Position numbers and translations under genes: made by a program. Shown piece after piece: positions 25,551-37,890 of a stretch of 64,000 bases of DNA. The notes beneath the pieces are model-generated. The model saw only the letters and a list, made by a program, of their open reading frames with translations. It was not told the origin of the DNA and ran no database searches. The number at the start of each line of letters is the position of its first letter. Position 1 is the stretch's first letter. Source of the DNA: Mobula hypostoma (lineage: Eukaryota); NCBI RefSeq assembly GCF_963921235.1, contig NC_086108.1:108750001-108814000 (forward strand), given 5' to 3'.

Positions 25551-26258
25551 ACTGAGGTTGGGTTAGACTAGAACCACCTCAGTTAGTCATAGGTTAAGGG
25601 TGAAAGGTGAAATATTTGAGGGGCACCTGAGGAGAACTTCTTCACTCAGGGAGTGGTGAGTGTGGAACAAGCTGCCAGTGGAAGTGATAGATGCAGGTTC
25701 AGTTGTAATAGTTAACAGAGGTTTGGATAAGTACAGAGATAGGAGGGCTATGGTTCATGTGCAGGTCAATGGGACTAGGCAGAACAATAGTTCAGCAATC
25801 TCTGTTTATATGTTTATATGTTGTAGTTCTCTATAAATCCCTGACGGAAACAGACATGTTCAACCCACTCTGTGCATGCAGACCTAGATGCCTATCTTTG
25901 CCAATCCCATTTGCCTGTGTAGGCCTGCATTCCTCTACTTTCCAATCCAAATATCTGTGCAAATGCCTTTTAAATGTTGTCATTGCATCTGCCTCCAGCA
26001 TGTCCTCTGGCAGCTTGTTACAGATATTCACCACTCTCTACATGCAAAGCCTCATCCTCATATCCTCTTTAAAATTCTCCCCTCTCAAACTAAACCTGAG
26101 CCCTTTAGTTCGAAGAGCAACGCACTCAAAATGCCAGAGGAACTCAGGAGAATTCGTCAGCATCTATGCCGGGGAATAAACAGTTGACGTTTCGGGACTT
26201 GGAACCTTAGTTCTAAACTCCACTACCCTGTGAAAAAGGTGGAATATCCATCCTAATC

Positions 26259-26698
26259 CAGACATCCCACCTCTCCCAGAAGTCCCGGGAGTCTCCCGCA
26301 TATTAATAGTGATTCCCTGATGCCCGCAAGTTATCTACAATGTCACAGAAATCAATTATTTTGAGAGCGAGCGAGCGAGAGAAAGCAAGAGAAAGTGCGA
26401 GAGCGACCAGGAGAGAGAGAGACCGCGTGCGAGAGAGAGCGAGAGAAAGCAAGCGAGAGTGTGAGAGAGCACGCGAGCGACCACGAGAGAGAGAGACCGC
26501 GTGCGACAGAGAGCGAGAGAAAGCAAGCGAGAGCGTGAGAGAGCACGCGAGCGACCACGAGAGAGACCGCGTGCGAGAGAGAGCGAGAGAAAGCAAGCGA
26601 GAGCGTGAGAGAGCACGCGAGCGACCACGAGAGAGACCGCGTGCGAGAGAGAGCGAGAGAAAGCAAGCGAGAGCGTGAGAGAGCACACGAGCGACCAT

Positions 26699-26733
<35 letters not shown>

Positions 26734-27092
26734 CACGCCATTGCAGAGTGTTCCAAAAAAAAGAAAATATAAAACGTACGTCACCCCAGACTACACTAAA
26801 GTGTACCCCTGCCTAATAGGGGTCAAAATAATGACAGTGTTGCTCGCTGCACTGTTTACAACAGTGACTTTTCTATTGCCCATGGTGGGTTAAGACTGTA
26901 AAAGACATGTTGAGGTGAGTTTAACAGGTGTCATTCCTTCATTAGCATAGCTAACATTATTTAAACTAGCTGGTTAGCTGCTAAGGAGCTACTCTATTGC
27001 AGACATCCCACCTCTCCCGGACATTCCAGGAGTCTCCCGCAAATTGATGGTGCTACCTCCCTGAAATGAGTTTTTACAGGGTGGGATGTCTG
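26259..27092. mobile_element. Non-autonomous DNA transposon (hAT-like) with internal minisatellite
   Basis: 13-bp perfect TIR cagacatcccacc / ggtgggatgtctg; flanks ctaatc/ctaacc; second copy of the left end at 27000-27042. Confidence 0.75.
26365..26735. repeat. GA/CpG-rich minisatellite, ~70-bp unit, ~5 copies
   Basis: The motif accgcgtgcg recurs at about 26422, 26496, 26566 and 26636. Confidence 0.9.
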
Positions 27093-27724
27093 CTAACCCA
27101 CACCCTTCACAATTTTATAAACCTAGTCACTCATCATTCCACTTTGCCCCAGTATGAAGAAACCCACCCTACCAATCTTTCCCTATAACAACAGGCCTCT
27201 CTCTTCTCCCCTCTTCATCAGGCAGAAGATACAGAAGTCTGAAAGCATGTACCACCAAGCTCAAGGACTGCTTCTACCCCGCTGTTATAAGATTATTTTA
27301 AGAAAAACTGTTACGGTTCCCTAATACAAGATGGCCTCACAATCTACCTTGCACCTTGTTGTTTACATGTACTGAAATTTCTCTGTAGATGTTACACTTT
27401 ATTCTGCATTTTTATAGTTTTGTTTATTTATTTATTGAGATATAGTATGGAAAAGGCCCTTCTGGCCCTTTAAGCCATGCTGCCCAACAATCCCCCAATT
27501 TAATCTGAGCCTAATCGCAGGACAATTTACAATGACCCATTAACCTACTAACCGTTGCACCTTTGGACTGTGGGAGGAAACCCATGCACACACGGGAGAA
27601 CCTATAGACTTCTTACAGGCGGTGACAGGAATTGAACCCATGTGGCTGGTATTGTAAAACGTTATGCTGACCACTACGCTACCATGTTGCCAACATCTTA
27701 TACTACCTAAATGCACTTTGTAAA

Positions 27725-28257
27725 GATTAGATTATGAGAACACTCAGTCCTCTTTTATTGTCTTTTAGAAATGCATACATGCATTAAGAAATGATACAAT
27801 GTTCCTCCAGAGTGATATCACAGAAAACAGGACAAACCAAAGACTAACACTGACAGAACCACATAATTATAACATATAGTTACAGCAGTGCAAAACAATA
27901 CCATAATTTGATAAAGAACAGACCATGGGCATGGTAAAAAAAGTCTCAAGTCCCGATCGACTCCCGAGTCCCAGATAGCAGGCGGCAAAAGGGAGAAACT
28001 CCCTGCCATTATCCTCCAAGGCACCAACAACTGCCGATGCCTTGGAAGCAGCCGACACCGAGTCTGTCCATCCGAAAACTTCGAGCCTCCGACCAGCCCC
28101 TCTGATACAGCCTCCCGAGCGCCTTCGACCTCGCCCCGGCCGCCGAAACAAGCAAAGCCAAGGACTCGGGGCCTTCTGCTGCGGAGATTCCGGTTACCAC
28201 ACAGTAGCAGCGGCAGCGAAGCGGGCATTTCAGAAGTTTCTCCAGATGTTCCTCCAG
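27725..28257 (-). mobile_element. 5'-truncated copy of the 6352-7030 non-autonomous element
   Basis: Reverse-complement homologue of 6475-7030. Confidence 0.8.
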
Positions 28258-29004
28258 ATTAGCTTTATTTGTCACATGTACATCAAAACATACAGTGAAA
28301 TGTGCCCTTTATGTCAAATCAAATCAGGGAGAAATGTGCTGGGGGCAGCCCGCACCTGCAGCTATGATTCCAGCACCAACCTAGTGTGCCCACAACTCAC
28401 TAATCCTAACCATACGTCTTTGAACTGTAGTAGGAAACTGGAGCACCTGGAGGAAACCCACGTAGTCACGGGGAGAACATACAGTCTCTTTACAGACAGC
28501 GGCTAGAAGTGAACCCCGATCTTACAGCTAGCTCTGTAATAGTGTGATGCTAACTTCGGATCTGTATGAATAGAATGCATAACAAGGTTTTCTCTGGATC
28601 TCAGTAGGTGTGACAATAAGACTTACAAAATAATGATGGTGTCAGCTCGAGACTTTGACCGTTTATTCCTCTCCATCGATACGGCCTTCCTCCAGCACGT
28701 TGCTGTGGATTTTCAGCATCTGCAGAATCTCTTGTGTTAACGTGACAATAATAAACCAATTCCAATTCCAATTTCAATTCCCTCCAGGCCTCGAACTTGA
28801 GTGGCCATGAGCTGTAGGGTTATTGATGATAGGACAGAAACTGGGGGAAAGAAACAATGGGGAGAATGGGTGACCGTTTGGCCATAAATTTCCACTGTTC
28901 AATGATCAGAATCAGAATCAGGTTTAATATCACCAACACATGTTGTGAAGTGTGTTGTCATTGTGGTCTAATGCAATGCATAATAATAGAAAAAATGTGA
29001 ATTA

Positions 29005-29380
29005 CATAGAACATAGAAATCTACAGCACGTTACAGGTCTTTCATCCCACAATGTTGTGCTGACCATGTAACCTACTCTAGAAACTGCCTAGAATTTCCC
29101 GAGTGCACAGCCCTCTATTTTTCCAAGCTCCATGTACCTATCTAAAAGACTCTTAAAAGACCCTATTGTATCCGCTTCCACCGCCGCTGCTGGCAGTGCA
29201 TTCCACCCACCACTCCCCGTGTGACAAACTTATCCCTGACATCCCCTCGGTACCTATTCCCAAGCACCTTAAAACTATGACCCCTCATGTTAGCTGTTTC
29301 AGCCTTGGGAAAAAGCCTCTGGCCATCCACATGATCAATGCCTCTCATCATCTTATATACCTCCATCAGGTCATCTCTCA
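29005..29380 (-). mobile_element. CR1 3' end
   Basis: Minus ORF LRDDLMEVYKMMRGIDHVDGQRLFPK..RGHSFKVLG; acatagaacatagaa tail. Confidence 0.75.
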
Positions 29381-29523
29381 ATGAGAAGACTGCTTGACTT
29401 AGGTGATGGGGGTCTTTAATGACGGATGCCACTTTTTTGAGGAATCGCTCCTTGAAGACGTACTGGATACCACAGGGGCTCGTGCTCCTGAGAAGCTGAC
29501 CAAGTTTACAACACTGAAATTTA

Positions 29524-29775
29524 TGTCTACCCTTTCTGATGGATCACGTGACACTTGTTTTTGGAAGCTCAGCCTGGTGTCCTGTCCAAAACTTATCGCT
29601 CAGTCAAAACTAAAAAACAGATTATCTGATCATTATCACATTTGTGAGAAATGATGTCTCTGTAACCCACATTACACGAATGATTACATTTCAGAAATAT
29701 TTAATTGGGTGTAAAACACTTTGGGATACCTAGAGGTTGCGAGAGTCATGATAGAAATGCTTTTCTTTCTCTTTC
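29524..29775 (+). mobile_element. Ancient Deu-domain SINE remnant (SacSINE1/AmnSINE1-like)
   Basis: ggtgtcctgtccaaaacttatc..aaaacagattatctgatcattatcacatt..ttaattgggtgtaaaacactttgggatacc..tagaaatgcttttctttct matches my recollection of the DeuSINE core and 3' tail. Confidence 0.65.
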
Positions 29776-30040
29776 TCATCAAGCATGCACTAGGATAAAA
29801 ATATGATTGCAATTTCCAAAACAGACTGTAGATATAATAATTTAATGAACAGAACTACAGGTCTATGGAAAAACATACTGGACTGGTCTAGCCAAAACAT
29901 AGTGCAATAACAAAAATGGTTTAAAAATCTAGTATGGCTTTATTCTCTATTTACTAATTCCTCACTGATGTCACTGACTGAAAGGTCACGGGAGATCAAA
30001 ATATTGAGACAGTGAGTTCAGCTGTTGGAAGCCTTTGCGC

Positions 30041-30041
<1 letters not shown>

Positions 30042-30111
<70 letters not shown>
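30042..30111. repeat. (CT)n microsatellite
   Basis: About 35 CT units with two interruptions. Confidence 0.95.
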
Positions 30112-30116
<5 letters not shown>

Positions 30117-31517
30117 GATGGTAAGAGAGAGTCTGCTGCTTCTCGAGTCAGGGGAACTCGAAGTAAGCGACGCTGCAGACGGTAGACAGCTGCTGTTGCT
30201 GTTGCAGGAGTAATATCTGACCTTCATTAGTAAGAAAGGGAGCATGTTGAGATGTCAAAGTGTTGGGATGGACAGTAGTTTTTAATGGTCTATAGATCAT
30301 GGTCTCTGGGGGTTTGTTATTGTTTTATTTGGTGGGGTGGAGGATGGCAGTGGTTGATGCATTTTGCCGGAACAAATGAGTTGACGCTTTGTTACTGCTC
30401 GTGTGTAGAGGGAGCTTTGGGGTTCTACCATTTTCTGTCATTCATTCTTCTGTCTTTTTCCTCTCTTTCTGTTTCATGGATGTCTCGTGAAGAGTAACTA
30501 TTTCAGTTTATAGATTGTATACATTTCTGACATTAAATTGAACCATTGAAGCATTAACCTCTATTTATTAATTAGTTATTATCCCTCAACCATCATACTC
30601 TTGAACCAGTGGTGATAGCTTCTCTCAGTTTCACTCATCTCAATGTTGAACTGTTCCCACACCCTGTGGACTCACTTTCAAGGACTTTTCATCTCGTTTC
30701 TTGATATTGATTGTTTATTTAGTTATTATTATTAAATCTTTCTTTTTGTATTTGTACAGTTCGTTGTCTTTTGCACTCTGGTTGAAAGCCCAAGTTGGGA
30801 ATCTTTAATTGATTCTGTTATGGCTTTATTCTATAGGTATATTGAGTATGCCCACAAGAAAATGAATCTCAGAGTTGTGTATGGTGAAATATATGTACTT
30901 TGATAATAAACTTACTTTGAAGTTTGAACTTTATTCAGTATTATTATTTTTATAATTAAATAATAAATTGTTTATTAACAAGAAACAGTATTGTGGGCAT
31001 GCCACGTTGGCACTGGAACGCGTGGCAATACTTGTGGGCCACCCCCAGCGTATCCTTGGATGTGTTGGCTGTTAATGCAAATGGCACATTTCACAAACAC
31101 GAGAGCCTGCAGATGCTGGAAATCCAGAGTAACACACACAAAATGCCGGAGGAACTCAGCAGGTCAGGCAACATCGATGGAAATGAGTAAGCACTTGACA
31201 TTTCGGGCCGAGATCCTTCATCAGGACTCATTTCATTGCATGTTTTGATGTACACATGATAAATAAACTTGAATCTTAAATCTTGTATGGTCATGGGAAT
31301 GATCTGAAAATAGATGTGAAATGACATAGTATATAATTTATCTCCTGATTTACAGACAAACATTAATGAATTTTCACAACAAATTTGAGGAACATCTCTT
31401 GATTGAAGAGATTGGTCTGGTATAAAGAAACAGAGAATGGTGACGATATATCATTCATTCCATTACTGTGGTTGTCAACAACATTGAAAAAGGACTTGTT
31501 TCCATATTATACAGAAT

Positions 31518-31890
31518 ACTTATTTACTTACCCAAACACATCAGCCCTACTGGGGAACACCCACAACATGCTGGAGGAACTCAGCAGGTTGGGCAGCATC
31601 CGTGGAGACGATGAGTCGACGTTTCGGGCCGGAACCCTTCGTCAGGACTGTAGAGGGAAGGGGCAGGGGCAGAGCCCTACTGGGGCATGGGCCTCCGACA
31701 GCAGCTCAGCAGAATACTCTGGCCTGGGTCAATCTTTCAGGTTGTCCGGAGATCCTTCCCCTCCCAGAGTTGAGGTGTTTGGAGCCTCTACTGGTGCTTC
31801 TGTAGCTTTGGGTTTTTTACTGAATGGCACTGCTAGCCTCATGCCCAACCCTCCTCCTTTCGCAGCAAGGCTTGGGACTGTCCATGGCAG
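31518..31890 (-). mobile_element. RTE-derived non-autonomous element with nested PLE fragment
   Basis: Minus strand has an RTE-5'UTR-like motif gagggttgggcatgaggctagca..gtaaaaaa and a (TAAG/TAAA)n tail at 31518-31530. Confidence 0.5.
31614..31649 (-). ncRNA. Core-intact minimal type-I hammerhead ribozyme motif
   Basis: Minus strand AGUC-CUGACGA-A-GGG-UUCCGG-CCC-GAAA-CGUC-GACU; all catalytic-core residues and the GUC triplet are present. Confidence 0.8.
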
Positions 31891-34609
31891 AGTCGCTATA
31901 TAGAATAAGAATCATAGACTATAGAGTATGGAAATATGCCTTTCAGTCCAAAGGTTAGCTTTATTTGTCACATGTACATCGAAACATATATTGAAATGAG
32001 TCGTTCGTTTCAATGACCAACCCATTCCGAGGATGTGCTGGGTGCAGCCCTTAAGAGTTGCCAGGCTTCTGACGCCAACATAGCATGCCCACAACTCACT
32101 GCCCCTAACCTTAGGATGCGAGAGGAAGCTGACACACCCAGAGAAAACCCATATGGTCACAGGGAGAACGTACGAACTCCTTAGTTACACTGCATTACAT
32201 TACACTGCATTACATTGCAAAGCATTACACTGATCACTAAGCTACCATGCTGCCCAATTTATTGATGCCAGCCAAACTGTCTTATTCTTATTCTCCATCT
32301 TCTGGCCAAAGCTTGTTTGCAGTTCCATTTCCCTTTCCTCTCTCCTCCTCCCACTTCAATCCATCTCTTTCTCTTCCACCACCTTCTCCCTTGGCCCATC
32401 ACTCACTCACTCCTCCCACCAGTTCCCTTCCACACCTTCCACTCTCGATTCCATTCTCCACCCCCCTCTCTTATCAAGGTTCCATCACCGTCACCCCTTG
32501 CTCACTTCCTCCCATTACCTTCCAGCTTATGACAGTGTTCCCATTCATCTCCCCCACCCCCACCGCCAGTCATCTGAATCCATTATCACCTACCAGTACT
32601 TGGACCCTGTCCTCCCCCACTACTTTATGCTGGCCACCTCCACTCTATCTTTAAGTCCAGGTGAAGAGTCCTGACCGAAAACATTGCCAGTTCATTTTCC
32701 TCCACAGATGAGAGGAGATATGAGGGGTATAGATAGGGTAAATAATAGCGGGCTTTTTCCAATGAGGTTGGGTGGAACTGCAACCCGAGGTCATGGGTTA
32801 AGGGTGAGAGGTGAAAAGTTTAAAGGGAACCTAAGGGGAAACTTCTTCACTCAGTGGGATGTGAGAGTGTGGAACGAGCTATCGGTGCAAACGGTGGATG
32901 TGAGCTCAGTGTCAAAGATTAAGCAAGTAGATACATGGATGTTCGGGGTATAGTCCTAGTGAGGTTGATGGGAGTAGGCAGTTTAAATAGTTTTGGCATG
33001 AACTAGATGGGCTGAAGGTCCTGTTTCTGTGTTGTACTTCCCTATGACTCAAAGACTCTATGCTGTCTGACTTGCTGACACCTCCAGCAATTGGTTTACT
33101 TCTCACTAATGCATCATCTGCCTCCAAGTTGCCTCCTTGGGCTAATCTAATTTGTCTGTGTTTGATTTACATGCTCAAAACCTTTCCTATCCAGGAACCT
33201 AGAGATTCATTTATTTATCACATGTATATCAAAACATAGGGGGAAATGCATCGTTTGCAGCAACAACAATATTTTTTTTTGCAACTGTATATCTTCCTGT
33301 TATCATAACTATATATGTTGTGTGCTGTAGGTAATGTGTTCCACACCTTGGCCCAGATTAGCACTGTTATATTTTCATGTGCCCATAAGAGTCGACATGT
33401 CTTTGGTGCCAACATTGCATGTCTACAATTTACTACCCCTAACCTGTACATTTTTGGAATGTGGGAGGAAGCCAAAACACCCAGAGAAAATACATTTACA
33501 GTCACAGGGAGAACACACAAATGCCTTGCAGACAGTGGTGGGAATTGAACCTGACTGTCAGTGCTGTGAAGTATTAAGCTAATCACTACACTACCCAAGT
33601 CATCGATGCCAGACAAGCTGTCTTATTCTCTAATTTCTGGCAAATGCTTTTCTTCAGTTCCATTTCCATTTCTTCTCTCCTCCTGATCCACCAGCCCGCC
33701 TCCCTCACCCTCTCCTTCTGCCCATCTCATACATGAATATAGAGCTGGCTATATTAATGTTTGGTTGAGTGATAATCGAACCTGAACTTGACTTTGAACC
33801 AACACAACCAAGGATGCGCTGTGGGGTACCTGCAAGTGTTGCCACACATTCTGGCCCCAGCATAGAATTCCCACAATGCTCAGCAAAACAACACAGAGCA
33901 CAGCATAACAGAACACAACAAACAACAAAACAACAAACAGCAAAACAAGCCCCATTCCTCCCTGCCTCTCACCTACACCAAAACCCACTCTTGGGGATAG
34001 GCCTCTAGGCCTCCACTTTCCAGCCTCTCGTCTCCAGGCTTGAAGTTCAAAGTTCATAGTTCAAATTAAAATTATCAAAGCATGTATACCATATATAACC
34101 TTGCAGCACCAACAGGGAAACAAAGGAATGCAATAGAACCGACAAAGAAAACACATATACACATAACACAGACTGACAAGCAACCCATGTGCAAAAGAGG
34201 ACAAAATGTGCCATTAATAAAAAAAGTAAAGCAATAAATACAGAGACCATGATCTGCAAAGTCACTGAAAGTGAGTCACAGGCTGTGGAATCAGTTCAGT
34301 GTTGAAGCAATTGAAGCCCATCCACACTGACCCAGGAGCCCAGGAGTCCAATGGTTGTAGGGCACAACTGTCCTGAACCTGTTGCCGTGGAACCCAAGAC
34401 TCTGGCACCTCCTGTCTGATGGTAATAGTGAGAAGAGGGGGAGATGGGTGGAAATGTCTTGAGGGTGTTAGAAGGCAAATACTTGTCATTCCTTATGTGG
34501 GCAGGAAAGTTCATTGTAGACACTACTTACCCTACAAACTGCCTTTTCTAAAAACAAAATACACTGTGAAATCTCTTCCAGGCATGCCTGTCCTGAAGAA
34601 GTTTAAATA

Positions 34610-35090
34610 AATTTTCATCCCACTTCTCATTTCCATTCTGATATGTCTATCCATGGCCTCCTCTACTGTTGCGATGAGGCCGCACTCAGGTTGGAGGAAA
34701 ACACCATCTGGGTAGCCTCCAACCTGGTGGCATGAACATGGATTTCTCAAACTTCCGGTAATACCTCCCCCGCCATTCCTCTCTCACCTACCTCCTTGCC
34801 TGCCCATCACCTCCCACTGGTGCTCCTCCTCTCTGTTCTTTCTTCCACGGCCTTCTGTTCTCTCCTGTTAGATTCCCCCTTCTCCAGCCCTGTATCTCTT
34901 TCACCAATTAACTTTCCAGATCTTTACTTCACCCCTCCCCCTCCCAGATTCACCTAGTATATCCTCCTCCCCTCCCTTCACCTTTTAACTCTACTCCTCA
35001 TCTTTTTTTTCTCCAGTCCTGCTAAAGGGTTTCTTTTCCATAGATACTGCCTGGCCTGCTGGGTTCCTTCAGCAATTTGTGTTTGTTGCC
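34610..35090 (+). mobile_element. PLE 3' fragment
   Basis: Encodes SHFHSDMSIHGLLYCCDEAALRLEE..GSLQPGGMNMDFSNF, followed by a pyrimidine-rich UTR and the terminal repeat. Confidence 0.75.
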
Positions 35091-35666
35091 TTTTCCAAAA
35101 GCTCCCTTCTGGAAAGCACTATGAGGTTATTAAAACAAACATTTCACACCATCGTACAAGTTTCTTCCCCCAGGCTGTTAACCAGTACCAAGAGCCCCCA
35201 CACTGTCCTCTATCTATTGACCCCATCACTGCACCGTAAATACTTTGCCCCACTTCTTAATGTTGTTTACATTGTAAATACACTAGTATTTATGTACTTA
35301 TTCCCTATCTGTACTTCAATCTCTATTCCTATATAACTCTTTATTCTTATAATTGTTGAATGTTGTTTTCTGTTGCCTGTCACACCCTGAACAACACACC
35401 ACATCAAATTTCTAATACATGTTAATACATATGGAGAATAAAGTTGATCCTTGATCCTCGATTCTTATGTTAATGATGGAGGACTCTGTGATGGTAATGT
35501 TATTAAATGTCAAAGCTGAGTTACCAGACTGCCAAACGTGCCAGGTTTATTACTTGTTACTTCTCAGTAAGTGCCTGACTTCTGTCTGTGATGTTTGTTT
35601 ACACAGGATATTTTGGTTGCTGAGTTGAAGAGCTAGTTCCCCCAGGCCATCAGGAGACCATAAGAC

Positions 35667-36169
35667 ATCATCATCATCATCATCATTATCATCATTATTA
35701 TGTGCCATGTCATATGAAATCATCATTATGTGCTCTGTTGTATGACATCATCATTATGTGATGTGTTATTTGACATCATCACTATGTGCTGTGTCGTATG
35801 ACATCATCATTATGTGCTGTGTCGTATGACGTGGGCGATCGTGGTCTTTGACCATGATTGTTCTTGGCAAATTTTCTGCAGAAGTGGTTTGCTATTGCCT
35901 TCTTTACAAGACAGGTGAACCCCAGCCAATATCAATACACTTCAGAGATTACCTGTCTGGAGTCAGTGGTTGCATAACTAGGTCTCGTGATATGTACCAC
36001 TGCTCATCCACCACCTGCTCCCATGGCTTCACATTACCCTGATTGGCGGCGGGGGGGGGGGGGTCTAAGCAAGTGCTACACCTTGTCCAAACGTGACCTG
36101 CAGGCTAGCAGAGGGAAGAAGCATCTTACACCTCCTTTGGTAGAGTCATATTCCCACCCCACCACCCTA
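35667..36169 (-). mobile_element. RTE-mobilised SINE-like element with Bov-A-like motif and reiterated tail
   Basis: Minus strand gaaggcaatagcaaaccacttctgcagaaaatttgccaagaac; (GAT)n tail; flanking repeat accataagac at 35657-66 and 36170-79. Other copies lie at 52685-53426 and 24485-24600. Confidence 0.7.
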
Positions 36170-36540
36170 ACCATAAGACGTATGAGCAATATTAGACCAT
36201 ATGGTCCATTAAGTCTGCTCTGCCATTCCATCATGGCTAATTCATTATCCCTCTCAACCCTATTTTCCCACCTTCTATATGTAACCTTTGACACCCTTAC
36301 TAACCAAGAGCCTATCAACCTCTGCTTTAAATATACCCAATGACTTGGCCTCCACAGCTGTCTGTGGCGATGAATTGCACAGATTCACAACCATCTGACT
36401 AAAGAAATTCCTCATCATTTCTGTTCTAAAGGGACTTCCCTCCATTTTGAGGCTGTGCTTTCTGGTTCGAGACTCCCCCAATATAGGATACATCCTCTCC
36501 ACTTCCACTCTATTGAGGCCTTTCTGATAGGTTTCTATCT
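36170..36540 (-). mobile_element. CR1 3' end
   Basis: Minus ORF IETYQKGLNRVEVERMYPILGESRTRKHSLKMEG..VVNLCNSSP. Confidence 0.75.
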
Positions 36541-36859
36541 TCATCGTGTATGAAGAGTTAGTGGGTTATGCTGTTTGCTCTTTGACTTGTGTCACCAATT
36601 CACCTTATTATCTGTTAATTTATTTTAGATAATAACTCCTATGTGTAGTGTGTGAGTTATACGTACTGTGTTGTGCACCGTGGTGTGGAGGAATGTCATT
36701 TTGTTTGGCAGTGTACTGTTGAATTACAATAAACTTGAATTTGACCTTGAAAATGGAGCTGAAATTGAGAGGCTGAGGTGGGTAAAATATTTACCATATC
36801 TTGGTTTCAATGCAATTGCAATCAAAGTTAGGGACATCATCTCTGTGAAATGTAGCCTG

Positions 36860-37100
36860 GGGACATTGGTTAAGTTACTAAACTGATATCCTGGACCATT
36901 GATCCCAGAAATATCAGTTCAAATCCCACACCGGCAGCTGAGAGATTTAAATGTAACTAATTTAATTATGTATGAAATTAAAATGCTTGTGTTGGGAATG
37001 GTAACTATAAAATTGCTACCTTATTGTTATAATCCACTTGATTCACTGAAACCCTTCAGGGAAGGAAATTTGCCATCCTGACCTGGTTATATGTGTACAA
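36860..37100 (+). mobile_element. Old tRNA-type SINE remnant
   Basis: B-box gttcaaatcc followed by ..ttcactgaaacccttcagggaaggaaatttgccatcctgacctgg, which resembles an elasmobranch SINE body as I recall it. Confidence 0.5.
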
Positions 37101-37239
37101 CAGACAGGGCGCTGAAGAAGATATTTGACATGTTTGCCTTCATCGACTGAGGCAGTGATAATCAGAGTTGGTTTGTCACGTTACAGTTGTACGAAATCTT
37201 GACTCGGCTATATTGTAGTACAAAGTGTTCAAAGTGATC

Positions 37240-37890
37240 ATCAAAGAGTCTTTGTGGGCCTACATGTTCAAACAGAACTTTTGGTCTATAGACCAATCAT
37301 CCTTCCTACATTACTGTATAGAGCTCAGTCACAGGTCACCTTTAGCAGGCACCTGAAAGCCCTAGAACAATGCCTCCAAAGATTCTTATGAAAGGTTTTG
37401 AGGATCAGCTGGAAGGACAATCACACTAACACCAGCATACTGGAGGAGACCAACATGAACATATATATCCCCCACGATAAAGCAACATCAACTCCATTGG
37501 ATATCTCATGTCATTTGGATGCTGAACTCACATCTCACCAGACAGATCCTTTACTCCCAGTTGAAGATCAGTCAGTGAGCTCCCAGTGGGCAGAGGAAAC
37601 ACTTCAAAGATAAGATCAAAATCAGCCTGAAGAAATTCAATATGATATCTAAAAACTGGGAAGCCATGGCGCTCAATAGATACCCCCGGAGGAAATCTGT
37701 TCAAGAGGGAGCTGTGCTACATGAGAATGAGCTCCACTGTGCTGCAGAGAACAAGAAGTAGCTGCGAAAGGAGAGACTGAACAACCCAAGGACCTAAACG
37801 CCAGCTACTAGTGTCCACGCTGCACCAGAATATGTGGATTCTAGACCATCCTCTACAGCCAACTGAGGACCCACCAATAAACAAACTCTT
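37240..37890 (+). mobile_element. Decayed RTE-clade LINE 3' part
   Basis: Translates as LLVYRPIILPTLLY..HLKALEQ..VLRISWKDNHTNTSILEETN with a terminal CPRCTRICG zinc-finger remnant. Confidence 0.7.

Noticed and set aside
26303..26784. Several 110-140 aa ORFs rich in RE/SL repeats
   Set aside because: These are translations of the GA-rich minisatellite.
35667..35830. CRISPR-like regular short repeats (also 60720-60805 and 61294-61359)
   Set aside because: These are head-to-tail units with no unique spacers and no cas genes, in a eukaryotic context.
36060..36169. Possible HDV-like fold at the 5' end of the RTE-type SINE
   Set aside because: Hairpins exist, but I could not assign consistent P1/P2 pairings or a J4/2 cytosine.
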